From NCBI GenBank assembly GCA_051003235.1, contig JBPCLN010000101.1:1-56049 (forward strand): a stretch of DNA of 56,049 nucleotides, written 5' to 3'. Position numbers and translations under genes: made by a program. Under the pieces are notes generated by a model. The model ran no database searches. It was not told where the DNA came from and worked only from the letters and a program-made list of their open reading frames with translations. This stretch comes from Chloroflexota bacterium (GTDB lineage Bacteria > Chloroflexota > UBA4733). Of the stretch, positions 30,966 to 39,346 are shown piece after piece (positions within the stretch are counted from its first letter, which is position 1; each line of letters opens with the position of its first letter).

Positions 30966-31065
30966 CGCCGGGTAAGTCGTTAGCGAAGCCTCACGGAGCG
31001 TGGTCGTGAAGTCGCCGGGTAAGTCGTTAGCGAAGCCTCACGGAGCGTGGTCGTGAAGTCGCCGG
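30966..31065. repeat. 47-bp tandem duplication (2 copies + 6-bp CGCCGG)
   Basis: CGCCGGGTAAGTCGTTAGCGAAGCCTCACGGAGCGTGGTCGTGAAGT at 30966 and 31013, CGCCGG again at 31060. Confidence 0.95.
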
Positions 31066-32014
31066 TCGCCTTCGGCGCCGCGTATAGCTTGCGCTCCAGC
31101 GTGCGATGATAACCCGACCAGTTACCTGGCCGTTCCACCTGCAGGAGGGCGGCGGCGAAGATGGCAAGTTGGCAACTGGTGTAATCGGCCAGATGCAGCG
31201 CTACCGCTTCCAGAGTTTTGGGCAACTGGGGCGACCGCCATTCGTGGCGGCCGTGATGGCTGAGGAGCATGTGGCGGAGGCGTACCAGGAGTTCCGCCGA
31301 TAGTTCCGGGATGCGGGCGCCGAGCTGCGCCAGCAAGGCGTCGGCGATCGGGATATGCCCGAGCAGCCCGCCTTCGTCCGTTTCCTCAAAGGCGGCTGCC
31401 GTATTGTATTCGCGCACCTTGCCGATATCGTGCAGCAAGGCGGCGGTGATCAGCAGTTCGCCGTCCATCTCGGGATGGAGGGCGAACTGCGCGCGGCAGA
31501 GCCTGACCACTTCCAGGGTGCGCTCCAACAAGCCGCCGAGATAGGCGTGATGGATTTGCGTCGCCGCCGGCGCCAGCGCGAACTGGGCATATCGCTCGCG
31601 GTCGAAGGTCGCCTCCAGGAGGGCGCGGAGGCCGCGATGCCGGACGCTATTCACTTCGGCGCGGAACTCGCGGCCCATGGTCGCCGCGTCACGCGGACTG
31701 GACGGCAAGAAATCGGCGAGTTGGTAGTCGTTGTGGCTCGTCGGGCTCACGTGCTCGACGACCACCTGCACGTCGCCGTTGTACAACTGGCAGCGCCCTC
31801 GGACGTGGACGATGCTTCCCTCCCGTGTGAACGGATAGAAGCGATCGGCGTCCTCCCAGGCTACCGCGTTCACCTCGCCGGTGCGATCGCCGAGGACCAG
31901 CGTCATGAAACTGCCGGAGCGGCTGCGGTGCGTCCGCTGTTGCCGGGAGCGCACCTGAAACGGCGCGGAAAACTCCTGCCCGTCGGTGAGGTCGGTGACC
32001 CAGATCTTCGCCAC
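30980..32014 (-). CDS. yhaM: YhaM/Cbf1-like OB-fold + HD-domain 3'-5' exoribonuclease (possibly degenerate)
   Basis: LGDRTGEV..V.W OB-fold, HHAYLGGLLE, LLHDIGK, LLGHI, SHHG. Confidence 0.8.
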   Translation of the reverse strand: MAKIWVTDLTDGQEFSAPFQVRSRQQRTHRSRSGSFMTLVLGDRTGEVNAVAWEDADRFYPFTREGSIVHVRGRCQLYNGDVQVVVEHVSPTSHNDYQLADFLPSSPRDAATMGREFRAEVNSVRHRGLRALLEATFDRERYAQFALAPAATQIHHAYLGGLLERTLEVVRLCRAQFALHPEMDGELLITAALLHDIGKVREYNTAAAFEETDEGGLLGHIPIADALLAQLGARIPELSAELLVRLRHMLLSHHGRHEWRSPQLPKTLEAVALHLADYTSCQLAIFAAALLQVERPGNWSGYHRTLERKLYAAPKATGDFTTTLREASLTTYPATSRPRSVRLR

Positions 32015-32086
32015 AGATACTCCCGTGCCGGACCATACCGATACGATAGGCCGGCAGGCGCAGCGTTACCGCGACCGGATAGCCGG

Positions 32087-32659
32087 TCAACCCAACCGTG
32101 AATGCCCGGTAGGCAACTGTAGCACACGCACCTGCAAAACGTCGGAAAATTCCAGTACGGCGACGCTGGCCGCCGGTAAGCCTCGCGGATCGACGGCACT
32201 GCCCGGATTGAGGAGGACGAAGCCGTCGGCGTGCTCCGCGACCGGGCGATGGGAATGGCCAAAACAGAGGACGTCCAGGCGTTCCGGGAACCGAGCCGCC
32301 GTCCGTCGCCATGCCGCCGCGTTTTGGCCGGCGGCGTGTACCGCCCCGACCCGCCAGCTACCGATTTGTAAGAGCAGGGCGGCCGGCGTCTCCGCGCCTA
32401 AGTCAACCGGGTCGACGTTGCCCAGGACCGAAAACAACGGCGCTCGCTGCCGCAACGGGTCAAGCAGTGCCGGGTTCAGAAAGTCCCCGCAATGGAGGTA
32501 GGCGTCGCATGTCCCCATGCGTTCGATCGCTACATCGGGAACGGCAGCCGCACGGCTGTACCGATGCGTGTCCGACAAGACGCCCAGACGAAAAGGACGA
32601 TCGTCGGGCGCCGCCAGCGCGACGACCTGCGGAACGAGTGAATTAGGCACGCCAATCAT
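32087..32659 (-). CDS. Metallophosphoesterase, YfcE/MJ0936 family
   Basis: SDTH, HCGD, LGNVD, FGHSH, LNPGS. Confidence 0.9.
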   Translation of the reverse strand: MIGVPNSLVPQVVALAAPDDRPFRLGVLSDTHRYSRAAAVPDVAIERMGTCDAYLHCGDFLNPALLDPLRQRAPLFSVLGNVDPVDLGAETPAALLLQIGSWRVGAVHAAGQNAAAWRRTAARFPERLDVLCFGHSHRPVAEHADGFVLLNPGSAVDPRGLPAASVAVLEFSDVLQVRVLQLPTGHSRLG

Positions 32660-32828
32660 TCCTCTTCTCCGCTTCAGGATACGGCAACCAGGGGGAAATT
32701 TCGGCGCATCACCGGCGCAGGAGCACATAGCACAAGGAGGGACGACTACGCCAGCGGTAAAGGCGATGAACGTCCGGCAATATCAATAGTACCCTTGGCT
32801 AATTGCCGGAGCGTGGGCGCAAAAGGTA

Positions 32829-32857
32829 TTGACATGACGATAGAAGTGTCCTATTGT
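32829..32857 (+). promoter_or_regulatory. Sigma70-type promoter driving the candidate ncRNA
   Basis: TTGACA-N17-TATTGT with A-rich sequence just upstream; no + strand protein gene follows. Confidence 0.75.
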
Positions 32858-32863
32858 ACTGAC

Positions 32864-33310
32864 ATCACGGAACGGGGTTCCGCAAGCGCCTCCTAGACCT
32901 GCAGGACTGGGGGGATCGCCCCGCTTCGAGAAGACGACGACGCTGGATGGGAATAGTCGGCAAGGTTCCGTCCGGCATCCGAGCCGAAAGGTGGGTTCAC
33001 GGTTCTGCGTTGGTGCCTCCTTCGGGAGTCCCGGCGCTCCGGCGAACTCGCAGCACCCGGCCATCCGCCCCGTGGCGGATGGGTGCAGGGAAGGCGACCG
33101 GCGTTGGGGTAAAGCCCGACACACTGCCACCGGGGCGGGTTCCGGCAACGGAGTCCGGTGGCGGCGGCGCAAGGCGAAGGTCTTGCGGCTGGTGCGGAGG
33201 ATGACGTTCGTCCCCGTCTTGCGCGGACGGTGGTGCGAACAAGGTGGCTGTTGCGAGGCAGCCTCGGTCGTCGGTTCCGGCGTAGTCCCGGAGGGCAACC
33301 TCCGGGACTC
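32864..33310 (+). ncRNA. Candidate large structured non-coding RNA of unknown class
   Basis: Own promoter, terminal hairpin, about ten helices with GCAA/GCGA/UUCG loops and G-U pairs, 5'-3' closing pairs; no credible ORF. Confidence 0.7.
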
Positions 33311-33318
33311 GTTGTTGT
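33285..33318 (+). terminator. Terminal hairpin / intrinsic terminator
   Basis: GTCCCGGAGG-GCAA-CCTCCGGGAC perfect 10-bp stem followed by TCGTTGTTGTT; abuts stop of the convergent gene. Confidence 0.7.
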
Positions 33319-34316
33319 TAAACGTGCCGCGCAACCATCCGCAATGTTGCTTCCCAGGCTTCCCCTCGTTCCAGCACCCGCCGGCCGGCATTAATGCCGT
33401 GTTCGTCCAGGTTGAAGGCATCCGTCGCACAGGTGTACGGCTCAAAGCAGACGACACCCTGCCCGGGTGGCGCATAGACCACGATTTCCCGGAAGTTGGC
33501 GTCGGCTTCCAGCGCCATTTCCAGTCTGACGGCCGGGTCGACCAACCGGCAGGTGGAAGTACCGTCCACGAGCGTGACGGCGCTATAAACATCGTCGAAT
33601 GTCCGGTCGCCGATGGGCATCAGCCGGTCGGTTGGGTCTTTGGACGTGAGCGGTACGCGCCGCCCCGTCGGAATCAAGCCGGCATCCAGCTCCCAACGGT
33701 CGCCCACCGGCACGGCGATTTGGCAGTCGCTCTGCTGTCCTTCGTCCGTCATTGGGGCCCGGAAATATGGGTGAATGCCGAAGCCGAACGGCATGCTGCT
33801 GTCACCTTCATTGATCGCGCTCACGGTCAGGCTGAGCACGGTCCCTTGTAATACATAGTCGGCGACAAGGCGAAACGGGAATGGATAGCCCTGGCTTTGC
33901 TCCAGGTCGGCGTGCGCAATGACACAGCGCAAATGAGCGCCCTGGTTCGTAGCCTCCGCCGCTTCCACCCGGAACGGCGCCGCCAGCACCAGGCCATGGA
34001 TGGCGTTGCCGTGATTATTGACCGCCAACTGATACTCCTGGTCCTGAAAGCGATAGCAGCCCCGCGCGATGCGGTTGGGGAAGGGGAACAACAGGGGTTG
34101 GCCGAAGCGCGATGGCGTTGCCCGTAGCTCCGCCGCCGACGCCGGGGCACGCAAGAGCTGAATCGCCCGTCCCTCCGGCCCGCGCACGCTAAATTGCACA
34201 CAATTGGCACCCACCCCCGGCAGGACACGCGCGGTCGAACCCGCTTCTCTGTCGTGCAGGACATACCCGCCCAGGGGCGCCTCACCGACGGTAACTGCAT
34301 ACCGATAGTCGGCCAT
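33318..34316 (-). CDS. Aldose 1-epimerase family protein
   Basis: LFPFPNRI, AIHGL, YPFPF, GIHPYF, FDD, CFEPYT. Confidence 0.92.
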   Translation of the reverse strand: MADYRYAVTVGEAPLGGYVLHDREAGSTARVLPGVGANCVQFSVRGPEGRAIQLLRAPASAAELRATPSRFGQPLLFPFPNRIARGCYRFQDQEYQLAVNNHGNAIHGLVLAAPFRVEAAEATNQGAHLRCVIAHADLEQSQGYPFPFRLVADYVLQGTVLSLTVSAINEGDSSMPFGFGIHPYFRAPMTDEGQQSDCQIAVPVGDRWELDAGLIPTGRRVPLTSKDPTDRLMPIGDRTFDDVYSAVTLVDGTSTCRLVDPAVRLEMALEADANFREIVVYAPPGQGVVCFEPYTCATDAFNLDEHGINAGRRVLERGEAWEATLRMVARHV

Positions 34317-34338
34317 GTTGATTGCTCCTCTCGTGGGA

Positions 34339-34465
34339 ACCTAACCCCGTCTTCCCCTTCCCTAACGAAGGAAGGGGAAGACGGGACGGGGATAACGGCC
34401 ATCCCTCGTCGTCGCCCCCCGTCGTCGCCCCCTTCCTTCTTAGGGAAGGGGGTTGGGGGTTAGGT
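34339..34465. repeat. REP/BIME-like composite palindrome
   Basis: Two inverted CCCCTTCC(C)T..AGG(G)AAGGGG hairpin units bounded by ACCTAACCCC...GGGGTTAGGT. Confidence 0.7.
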
Positions 34466-37102
34466 CGCCTCCGGCCCGGCACTGGACACAACGACGCGAT
34501 CGAGATCAAGGTGGCGGCGAACGGTGTCCAGCACGTCGCCCGCCTTGACCGCGTTGACGCTGGCGATGAAATGGTCAACTTCATCAAGGGGCAGCCCGAA
34601 GCGCTGGATACTCATCAGTAAGGAGGCGACGCCTGCGGTGGTCTCCAGCCGCAGGGGCATGCTGCCGGTCAGCAACTGTTTCGCCTCGGCCAACTCCGAA
34701 TCGGTCGGGCCATCCTCCCGATAGCGGCGGAACTCGCCAAGCGTCGCCTCAACCGCCGCTTCGACATCCTTGGGCGCCACCCCAATGCGGGCCGCCCAGG
34801 GACCAGGCCCGAAGCCGGCATCGAAACTGGTCGAGGCGTAGTAAGCGAGGCCCCGCCGCTCGCGTACCTCCTCGCCGACCCGGCCGCCCATGCCGAGCCG
34901 GCCGAGGATAGTGTCGGCGACCAGGAGCCGAAAATAGTCCGGGTCGTTGCGCACGATCCCCGGCAGGCCAATCACCAGATCGGTCTGCGTCTTGCCGGCA
35001 ACGCCCTGGAACCCGCGTTGCACGGCGGGCACGGCGTTGACGGGCGGGATGGCGATATCCGGCGCGGCCCGTAGGGCCGGCCAGGCGCCGAAATAGCGCT
35101 CCAAATATTCCAGGGCGCGATCGCCATCCAAACCCCCGGCCATGGCGATGACCATACCGGCGGAACCGGCGAAACGCTCCGCAAAGCGCGTTACATCGTC
35201 CCGGCTGATCGCCTCGATCATCGCCGTCGTGCCGGTCGGCCAGCGGTGGTAGGGGTGGCCGACCGGATAGGCCAGTTCTCGGAAGCGCCGCTCCGCGACC
35301 TCACGCGTATTGGTCGCCTCCTCCCGCGCCGCCGCCAGCATTGGTCCGCGCACGATATCCAACTGAGTGTCAGGATAAACGGGCTGCCGAAACACGTCGG
35401 TGAGCAAATCCAGCGCCACGTCCAGGTGGTCGAGTAGACTCTTCACGGAGTAGGAACTGAAGTAATCGCCGCTGCCGCCGTGCAGTTGGATGCCCCGGCG
35501 ATCACTCTCCTCCGAGATCTGCTCGTAACTGCGCCGTTCCGTACCACGCAGACGCAAGGCGCCTTGCGCGGCGGCGACGCCCCGCTGATCGTCGGCATCG
35601 TAGGCAGAACCGCCAGGCACGGACGCCTGCACAAGTTCCCAGGGCGTCCCTGGCGCCGCGTGGAGGAGGACGACTATGCCATTCGACAACACCGCGCGCC
35701 GAATGGTGAAGCCTGCCGCCGGCTGGCGCTGGATGGTCGGCGCCGGTCGCGGCGACTCGGTCGCAGGCGTCGCCGCGGGGCCAACCTGGGGGATCGTCAC
35801 CGCCACCGGCGCCGCCTCCGTCGGCCTGAACCAACCGAGCGTGCGGTTCTCCGGCGCGAAGTAGCGGGCGCAGACGCTCCGAATCTCCTCCGGCGAGACG
35901 GATCGCAGCCGCTGCAAGAGCTCGCGGTCATCCGTGGGCAAACCGGTCAGCACACTTTGGCCCAGAGCGGAAGCCTGCCGGCTGACGCCTTCCGCGGCGT
36001 AGAGGAACTGCGCGGCAGCTTGTTCGCTGGCGCTGAGCAACTCTTGTTCGTCGACGTGCTCGCTGCTCAGGCGCTGCAACTCGTCGAACAGGATGCGCTC
36101 AACTTCCTGGGGCTCCGTGCCGGGGCGCAACGAGGCGCTGAGGTAGAAGAGACCCGGGTCGACGCTGGTACCGGTGCTGGCGGAAACGGAGCTGGCCTTT
36201 CCGGTATCGACGAGGACCCGCCGCAGGCGCGAACTCCGCCCCATGCCGCCGCCGCCTCGCCCAAGCGCCGTGCCGCCGCTGAGCAGGGCATCCACAACGG
36301 AGAGCGCTGGTATGTCCTGATGGCCGGCCGCCGGAATATGGTAGACGGCCATGAGATGGGCGGTGCCGCCCGGACGACGCACTTCCACGCGACGTTCACC
36401 TTCCTGCGGCGGCTCGACTGAGCGCAGCGCCGCCGCCGACTGTCCCGCCGCGATACCACCGAAGTAGTGCTCAATCTGAGCAAGCATGGTTGGCGCCGAG
36501 AAGTCGCCGACTGCCACGGCAACCGCATTGTTCGGGTGGTAGTAGCACTGGTAGTGCGTCCACAGTTCCTCGCGGGTGATACGTTCCAGGTCACTCTTCC
36601 AGCCGATCACCGGCTGGCCGTACGGGTGGACCTTGTAGGCGACAGCCATCACTTCTTCGTAGAGGTGACGCGTCGGGTAGTTCTCGCCGCCCTGGCGTTC
36701 AGAAATGATGACGGTGCGTTCTCGCTCGACCTCCGCCGGGTCCAGCACCGCATTTACCATGCGATCGCATTCCAGCTTCAGCGAAAGCTCGATTCGGTCG
36801 GCCGGCAGGGCCTCAAAAAAGGCGGTGCCGTCCATCCAGGTGAAACCGTTGCGATAGCCGCCATTGGCGGCCACGACACGATGCAAGGCACCCTTGGGAA
36901 AGGTAGGGGTGCCGTCGAAGAGCAAGTGCTCCACCCAGTGGGACAGGCCCGTCGTCCCGGCGACTTCGTTCCGGGAGCCCACCTTGTAGAAGACATAAAA
37001 GGCGGCAACCGGTGCCGCGTGGTCCTCACGCAGAAGCACCGTCAAGCCGTTCGGGAGGACCGCCGACTCAACAGGAAGACTCGACTGGGTCGTGGGGGCC
37101 AT
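34460..37102 (-). CDS. M16 (pitrilysin/insulinase) zinc peptidase, two-half fusion
   Basis: LPNGL, VGSRNE, HWVEH (HxxEH), HPY, second half with RERRGLAY. Confidence 0.93.
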   Translation of the reverse strand: MAPTTQSSLPVESAVLPNGLTVLLREDHAAPVAAFYVFYKVGSRNEVAGTTGLSHWVEHLLFDGTPTFPKGALHRVVAANGGYRNGFTWMDGTAFFEALPADRIELSLKLECDRMVNAVLDPAEVERERTVIISERQGGENYPTRHLYEEVMAVAYKVHPYGQPVIGWKSDLERITREELWTHYQCYYHPNNAVAVAVGDFSAPTMLAQIEHYFGGIAAGQSAAALRSVEPPQEGERRVEVRRPGGTAHLMAVYHIPAAGHQDIPALSVVDALLSGGTALGRGGGGMGRSSRLRRVLVDTGKASSVSASTGTSVDPGLFYLSASLRPGTEPQEVERILFDELQRLSSEHVDEQELLSASEQAAAQFLYAAEGVSRQASALGQSVLTGLPTDDRELLQRLRSVSPEEIRSVCARYFAPENRTLGWFRPTEAAPVAVTIPQVGPAATPATESPRPAPTIQRQPAAGFTIRRAVLSNGIVVLLHAAPGTPWELVQASVPGGSAYDADDQRGVAAAQGALRLRGTERRSYEQISEESDRRGIQLHGGSGDYFSSYSVKSLLDHLDVALDLLTDVFRQPVYPDTQLDIVRGPMLAAAREEATNTREVAERRFRELAYPVGHPYHRWPTGTTAMIEAISRDDVTRFAERFAGSAGMVIAMAGGLDGDRALEYLERYFGAWPALRAAPDIAIPPVNAVPAVQRGFQGVAGKTQTDLVIGLPGIVRNDPDYFRLLVADTILGRLGMGGRVGEEVRERRGLAYYASTSFDAGFGPGPWAARIGVAPKDVEAAVEATLGEFRRYREDGPTDSELAEAKQLLTGSMPLRLETTAGVASLLMSIQRFGLPLDEVDHFIASVNAVKAGDVLDTVRRHLDLDRVVVSSAGPEAT

Positions 37103-37342
37103 TGCAGCACCGTTCTCTGGACGGCGGGGCTTCGTTCCGCGCCGGACTGGTCAGTAGCATAGCGCACTCAGCAGGGTAAGACGGTGCCTGCGGCCCAACC
37201 TGCGTCCCCTGCTCGACGGACCCCGCCGGCGGCGACCTTGGCGGGGCAAGCACTGTACTGCCACCGATAATGGCGTCGCGCACCCGACGATGCGGTCGAA
37301 CCGTACGCTGCGGCGTTGGGACATGTGACGGTGACGCTGGTG

Positions 37343-38152
37343 TTAGGGCCTATTTTGGCGAAGTCGCGCCAACTCCGCCTCCAGGGCCTGCCGCGCCGCC
37401 GCTTCCCGGTCCGCCCGTTCCTCAGCCAACTGCGCGCGCTCCACCGCCAACTGTTCCCGTGCCCAGGCCAGCCGCGCCTGCTCCTCGGCCAGCCGCGCCT
37501 GCTCCTGCGCTTCCCGGCGCAAGGCGACTTCCCGGCGCAACTGGGGCTCCACGTCCCAAATCGGGGGGAACACCTCGCCGCTCAGGTGATCCACCACCCG
37601 CAGTGCGTTGTCCACTAGCCGGAAGCCGAAGTGAATCAGCTCGCTCCACAGCGTCTCCGTCGGTAGGACCACGCGGTGCACGTCCGCACTACCGTCCCGA
37701 TGGTCGCCCAGGCGCCAGGCTTGCAGGCGGGGTTCCGGCGCAAAGTCCCCGCTCGGGTCGAGCACGACGTACTCCCGCACCCCTTCCCGCCGGTACCAGT
37801 CCTTCTTCGCCGTCAGGTCCTTGTTCTCGACGGAGGACAGCGACAGCACTTCGATCACCAGGTCCGGCGCCTTGCCCTCGACCCAGACGTCGTAGCGGGG
37901 ACGCACCCAGTCCGTCACGCCAAAGGCAACCAGAATGTCTGGTTCCCGGTAATCTCGGAGGTCATTGGCGTTGCGATGCACCCGCAGTTCGGCGGCGACG
38001 TAACAGTCGGGACCGGCGAGGCGACCGCGCAAAGGGTAGCTCAGGCTGTCGATGGTGTCGCGGTGGTCCTGGCCGGCCAAGGGCTCGTCCTGTTCTTCGC
38101 TATCGAAGAGATCTTCGACCGGCCAGTCCAGAGCGGCGATCTCGGCGCGCAT
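37343..38152 (-). CDS. Uma2 (DUF820) family PD-(D/E)xK endonuclease-like protein with coiled-coil tail
   Basis: EPD, PDLVIEVLS, K..WY...GVREY...DP; EQARLA repeats (21-nt tandem at 37466-37507). Confidence 0.88.
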   Translation of the reverse strand: MRAEIAALDWPVEDLFDSEEQDEPLAGQDHRDTIDSLSYPLRGRLAGPDCYVAAELRVHRNANDLRDYREPDILVAFGVTDWVRPRYDVWVEGKAPDLVIEVLSLSSVENKDLTAKKDWYRREGVREYVVLDPSGDFAPEPRLQAWRLGDHRDGSADVHRVVLPTETLWSELIHFGFRLVDNALRVVDHLSGEVFPPIWDVEPQLRREVALRREAQEQARLAEEQARLAWAREQLAVERAQLAEERADREAAARQALEAELARLRQNRP

Positions 38153-38252
38153 CCTGCCTCGCTTCCTTTGCCGCCAAGCGTAGCATGGAGCAAGGCTCTG
38201 GGTCACGCAGCGAGCGCCTCAAGTTCGACGCGCCCGGTCTGCGGCCGTTTAT

Positions 38253-39317
38253 CTACTTCGGTGCGTGATACCCCGTGAGTTCGACGTAGCCCTGGCCGCT
38301 GATCGGGACTCCGGCGCGCGTCCCACCGATGCTCACGGCGCCTTCCCAATAGTCCAGAAAGTCGAGGCTGGCCTTACCGCCGAAGCTGAGTTCCTGATTC
38401 TTCACGGTCGGCTCCAAGGATAGGCTGAGGTGCTGCGATGGAATCTGCACGATCCAGCCGGAAGGGTAGGTAATCCCGGTGACGGGACTGGACCAGGAAC
38501 CAGTCACCTGTTGGCTGAAGGAACCGCTGGTGAGGTCAGTCACCTGGCCATCGGCGCCGACGTAGGAACCATAGCTGAAATACTGCCTATCGTCGGCCCC
38601 CCGGTTGAAGGAGAGCATCACATCGCTGCCGTCCGCCAACTGGACGGCGTACCAATCCCAGCCGCCGACGCTGCCCACGATGAAGTTACCCCACTGATGG
38701 TCCATCCAGGCGATGCCGGTGACGGGAAGCGGCTGGCCGTGGTCCTGCAAGGTGCCGGTTAATGCCATACGCGTGCGCGAATAGTAATACGACTTGCCGA
38801 ATGGTCCGAAGTCGATCAACCCCGTGCCGCCGTGCATGACCGCCGGCTTGTCCGCCGTCAGTTGCAGATTGATGGCGTAATCGGTCAGGCCGGCCTGCAA
38901 TGAATCGTGCCCCTGCCGGCCCTGCATGTGCCATGTATCCAGCGCGAGGGTGAAGCCTGGTCCGCGGCCGCCCTGTTCGCCGCTGCCACTGCGCTGATCA
39001 AACTGGAAAGTGTTGCGGTGATCATCGGTGATGGCGAAGTGGGCTTCATAACCGGGTGGGGCGTCGCCGCGGCGAATCTGAAAGAAGACCAGTTCAAAGC
39101 CGTATTGGCGGCCGTCAGCGGCCGCTAGGTGCCCGGTGTAGTACCACCATTCCGTCAGGTCGCCGTGGGGGGATTCGTCCAGCGGCAGCGTGACGCGCTG
39201 CGGGTTGGAGACAGCCAGGGCCGGCGTCGCCACCGGCGCGATGGTCGGCAGCGGCGTTGGTACCGCCGCGGCGCTGCCGCAGGCGGTGAGGACCAGCGAC
39301 GCGAGGAGCACGGGCAT
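38253..39317 (-). CDS. AttH/CrtC-like lipocalin-fold secreted hydrolase, lipoprotein
   Basis: LTAC lipobox, EWWYYTG, SYYYS, WMDHQW, GWDW, YWEG, GYVELTGY. Confidence 0.88.
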   Translation of the reverse strand: MPVLLASLVLTACGSAAAVPTPLPTIAPVATPALAVSNPQRVTLPLDESPHGDLTEWWYYTGHLAAADGRQYGFELVFFQIRRGDAPPGYEAHFAITDDHRNTFQFDQRSGSGEQGGRGPGFTLALDTWHMQGRQGHDSLQAGLTDYAINLQLTADKPAVMHGGTGLIDFGPFGKSYYYSRTRMALTGTLQDHGQPLPVTGIAWMDHQWGNFIVGSVGGWDWYAVQLADGSDVMLSFNRGADDRQYFSYGSYVGADGQVTDLTSGSFSQQVTGSWSSPVTGITYPSGWIVQIPSQHLSLSLEPTVKNQELSFGGKASLDFLDYWEGAVSIGGTRAGVPISGQGYVELTGYHAPK

Positions 39318-39346
39318 AATGCGACGTAAACCGAGGCGCACTTTTG

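Noticed and set aside
30966-31065. Direct repeats as a CRISPR array
   Set aside because: Head-to-tail copies with no spacer, inside a CDS end, no cas genes
32981-33007. GAGCCG...ACGGTTCTG resembling group II intron domain V
   Set aside because: Only ~13 nt between the arms (DV needs ~22 with a GNRA hairpin and AC bulge); no RT ORF, no interrupted gene, no domain VI
32864-33310. RNase P, tmRNA, 6S or riboswitch identity for the structured RNA
   Set aside because: No P4 GAGGAAAGUCC, no tRNA-like ends or tag ORF, too long and branched for 6S, and no same-strand downstream gene for a cis-regulator
32783-33851. ORF-track frames covering the 32.8-33.3 kb gap (32783-33592 -, 32991-33851 +, 32947-33204 +, 32997-33242 -)
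   Set aside because: No motifs or convincing RBS, P/R/G-rich shadow composition, and the longer ones overlap the epimerase; RNA structure explains the region better
37343-38152. Uma2 nuclease as a mobile element or defence system
   Set aside because: Solo gene with no terminal repeats or partner genes; such paralogs are common in this kind of genome
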